DNA of 64,000 bases from the human T2T-CHM13v2.0 reference genome, Homo sapiens, in the NCBI RefSeq assembly GCF_009914755.1, contig NC_060935.1. One strand, 5' to 3'. The notes under the pieces were generated by a model. It was not told where the DNA came from. It saw only the letters and a program-made list of their open reading frames with translations, and searched no databases. Shown here one piece after another: positions 60,526 to 64,000 of this stretch (positions within the stretch are counted from its first letter, which is position 1; the number at the start of each line of letters is the position of its first letter). The position numbers and the translations under genes were made by a program.

Positions 60526-60741
60526 TTGAGATTTTTACTGATGGCAAATCCTCATGCTTTTGAGAATGGGCTTGATTTTTGGACACATTTAAAAGTCATG
60601 TAGATCAAATCCAAAGAAAGTAAGAAAGTGAATGACCAAACCAGGCACTGATTATAAAATCATAAGTATGATGACTTGTGAAATGCATAAATGGTCCCTG
60701 AGGATCCTTTAAAAGACAGGATTCTCTTTAAAAGCTCTTTA

Positions 60742-61086
<345 letters not shown>

Positions 61087-62638
61087 TTACTTTAAGGTCT
61101 CTTATCTTATTAAGCTGGATGTATACCTTAACTGGCTCTTCTTAATTCACAGATTAAGGCCTTTCATGATCTGCCTCTGTCAACTAACCAGCCCCTCTTT
61201 CCCCACTTTCCAGGCTCCTTAAGCCTTATTCATCACTATGCCAAACTAATCACATACTTGTTCTTACCTCCACATATATATTTGTGCATATGTTCTGTCT
61301 ACTTTATCCAGCTGATCAACTCTTATTTGCCTTTCAAAATTAAGTTCACATTCCATGAAGCCTTCCCTGTCCCCTGGACCTGGAGTTAATAGTTCCCTTA
61401 GCACCTTGGGACACCTTTTTTATAGCCTTTGCTGCACTGTATGGTCATTACTTGTTTACACGTCTGCCTCTACTGTAGACTGAATCCCTCCAGGGCAGGG
61501 TTCATGTCTCTGTATCCCCAACACCTAACTGTTAGGCACATAGTAGATGCTCAATACGCATTTGCTGGATGAGTGAATGCATTCTTACTGAAGCATCTGT
61601 GTGCCCCACACCTCAGTGATGCTAAGCAGTATGGAGCTCCCACTGTTGGAACCTAAAGAAGTTTACTAAGGAAGTGAAGTGACAACCTAAAACTCAGTCC
61701 CAGCTTTAACTTGGCTTATCTTTGCATCTAAGTGAAGATCATCTCTAAGACTGGGATATCTACACGGAACAAGGGCTTCCCACCTTCCTCTGTTTTCAGC
61801 CTAGGTGCAACCATGAAAGGAAAGGAGCAAATGTAATCTGTATTATAATATATTCTATTTGAACATGATTAAATTAAAACTAATTGATAATGTCGATTAA
61901 ATAATAAACACTAATTAAATACTAATTGTCAGAATGTGTCTCCTACTTTTATTCACTCTTTATAAGTTTTAATTACTAAGTTAATGATCAAGAATGGTAC
62001 TATGTTGGGCTGAAACCTAGGATTTGGAATATACCCATTCATTCATCTACCAAATAATGTTTAAATTGAATTTAAAAACTAAGGCTGAATAATTATAGAG
62101 CACCTGTTATATGTCTAACACTGTGCTGAAAAAAATATATGAAGATGCCATATTTAGCTTCATGGAATTCACAACCCAGATACTAGAACCTTCCATCTGC
62201 AAAGCTCTTTGCAAAGCATTTGAATACATTGTATCATTTAATTCTCACTATTCTATTCTACCCAATTTTCCTCATCTACTTTAGATAAGGAAAATGAGGA
62301 TGACAGAGATGAAACAGTTTACCCAGTTACTCAGCTCACTCTGGCTAGAAAATAAATGGAAAAATTAGGGCTGAATCTGGGAGTTCTGTCTCTAAATCCA
62401 AAGCTTTTCTCATGGGCTCACACAAAGTCAATAATTTTTTTTTTTTTTTTTTTGCTTTTTACTATGGAACATTTCAAACATATACAAATGTAGATAAAAT
62501 AATATAACAAACCCCATGTCCTATCACCCAGCCCTTATTATCAGCAACCCATGGTCATTTATGTCTTTATCTACCCACCCAATATTATTTTGAAGCAAAT
62601 TGAAGATACCATATCATTTTGCCCATAAATATAACTTC

Positions 62639-63022
62639 TGTTAAAAGATAAACTTTGGCACACTTTAAAACTTTGAAGAGTTTATTTGAGCAAACAGCAA
62701 TTCATTGATCAGGCTGCTCCAAACTGGAAATGGTTTGGGCTTCGAGGACGGAGCAAGAGGGGAAGGCTCTAATAGGGTAAATGCAGAAGCAGAGCAAAGA
62801 AATTATTTGATTGGTTAAACTTCCAGAATTTCCTTATTTAGACTATCCAATAGGAAGTTAAAGACAATATAACTAATGCCCAGATGGCCTTCTGTGATTG
62901 GCTAAGTTTCTTTTAAATTAACTGCTTACAGGAAATGAGACTGAGTTAGGTTTTAGCTTGCTTAGTAGGAACTTAGTTAGAGCCTCCTCAGTCTAATGCC
63001 CCCCCCCATTTAATTATTTAAA
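62639..63022 (-). mobile_element. ERV1-type LTR relic
   Basis: tgttaaaagataaactttggc terminus; gattggtt CCAAT boxes; resembles the 54.5-kb LTR family in reverse orientation. Confidence 0.55.
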
Positions 63023-63044
63023 TACTTCAACACCATTATCATAT

Positions 63045-63307
63045 TTTATTTTATATTTTTAGAGATGGAGTCTTGCTCTGTCACGCAGGCTGGAGTGCAT
63101 GGCACAATCAATTATCTTGCCTCAGCCTCCCAAGTAGCTGGGACCACAGGAGTGCACCACCATCCCTGGCTAATTTTTTTTTTATCTTATAGTAGAAACA
63201 GTCTGTCTATGTTACCCAGGCTGGTCTTGAACTCTTGGCCTCAAGCAATCCTCCTGCCTCGCCCTTCCAAAGCGCTGGGATTACTGGCCTGAGCTACCAT
63301 ATCCAGT
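63045..63307 (-). mobile_element. Degenerate Alu (AluJ-like)
   Basis: Antisense Alu with an internal deletion. Confidence 0.85.
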
Positions 63308-64000
63308 CTCCATTATCATATTCTAAGAGAATTAGCATTTCCTAAATGTCAAATAACCAGTGTTACAATTTCCAGTTATCTCATAAATGTTATAACATGT
63401 TTTTACAATTTGTTTATTTGAATGAAGGTCCAAATAAGGTCTAAAATTTGCAATTGGTCTTTATGTTTCCTAGATCTCTCTTAATCTATGGGTTCCTTAT
63501 TATCTTTTATTATTATTCCTTATTATTTTTTGTTTCCTTGCAATTTACATTTAAAGAAATTGAGTCATTTGTCTCATGGTTTTCCACAGTATTTTTTTTT
63601 TTTTTTGCCTGCATCACGAAGGTGTTGTTTAATATGTTCCTCTGTATTTCCTATAGACTGGTATTGTATTTAAAGCAGTAGTTTTCCATTTTTAGTGAGC
63701 ATCAGAATCACCTGAATGATTTGTCGCAACAGGTTGCTGGGCCCCACCCTCAGAGTTTCTGATTCTGGTCTGGGAAAGTCCCAAAAGTTTGCATTTCCAG
63801 CAACTTCCTGTGTGCTTGATGCTGACCACTCCTTGAAAGCTATTGATGTGGACTGAACTGAGGCTCAATCAGATTGAAATCTGACTTTTTTAAAGCAAGA
63901 CTACCTCACAGGCAGTGTTGTGGTCTTCCTCCAGGAGGAATATAGTATGTGGTTGTCTCCTTTGTGTGTTTGATGTCAGTAGCCTTTGATGCTCAGTGCC

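Overview
This is repeat-rich mammalian (human-like) genomic DNA, recognisable as the JAML-MPZL3-MPZL2 Ig-superfamily cluster (human 11q23.3). All three genes lie head-to-tail on the minus strand. Two coding regions can be rebuilt completely from GT-AG splice sites: MPZL2 (5 coding exons, 215 aa, plus a non-coding last exon) and MPZL3 (6 exons, 235 aa). The non-coding first exon of JAML is at about 7.3-7.4 kb. The rest is Alu, L1, L2/MIR, LTR/ERV1 and DNA-transposon relics, and almost all ORFs in the supplied track are spurious. The most unusual structure is in MPZL3 intron 1. It is a ~400-bp inverted copy of the MPZL2 3'UTR joined to a fragment matching a nearby Alu, flanked by an 18-bp duplication at a quasi-palindrome, which looks like a multi-template-switch insertion. 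It makes MPZL3 pre-mRNA antisense to MPZL2 mRNA and brackets the MPZL3 promoter with inverted repeats. Several smaller local templated copies occur nearby. Repeat subfamily names come from recalled consensus sequences and are tentative.
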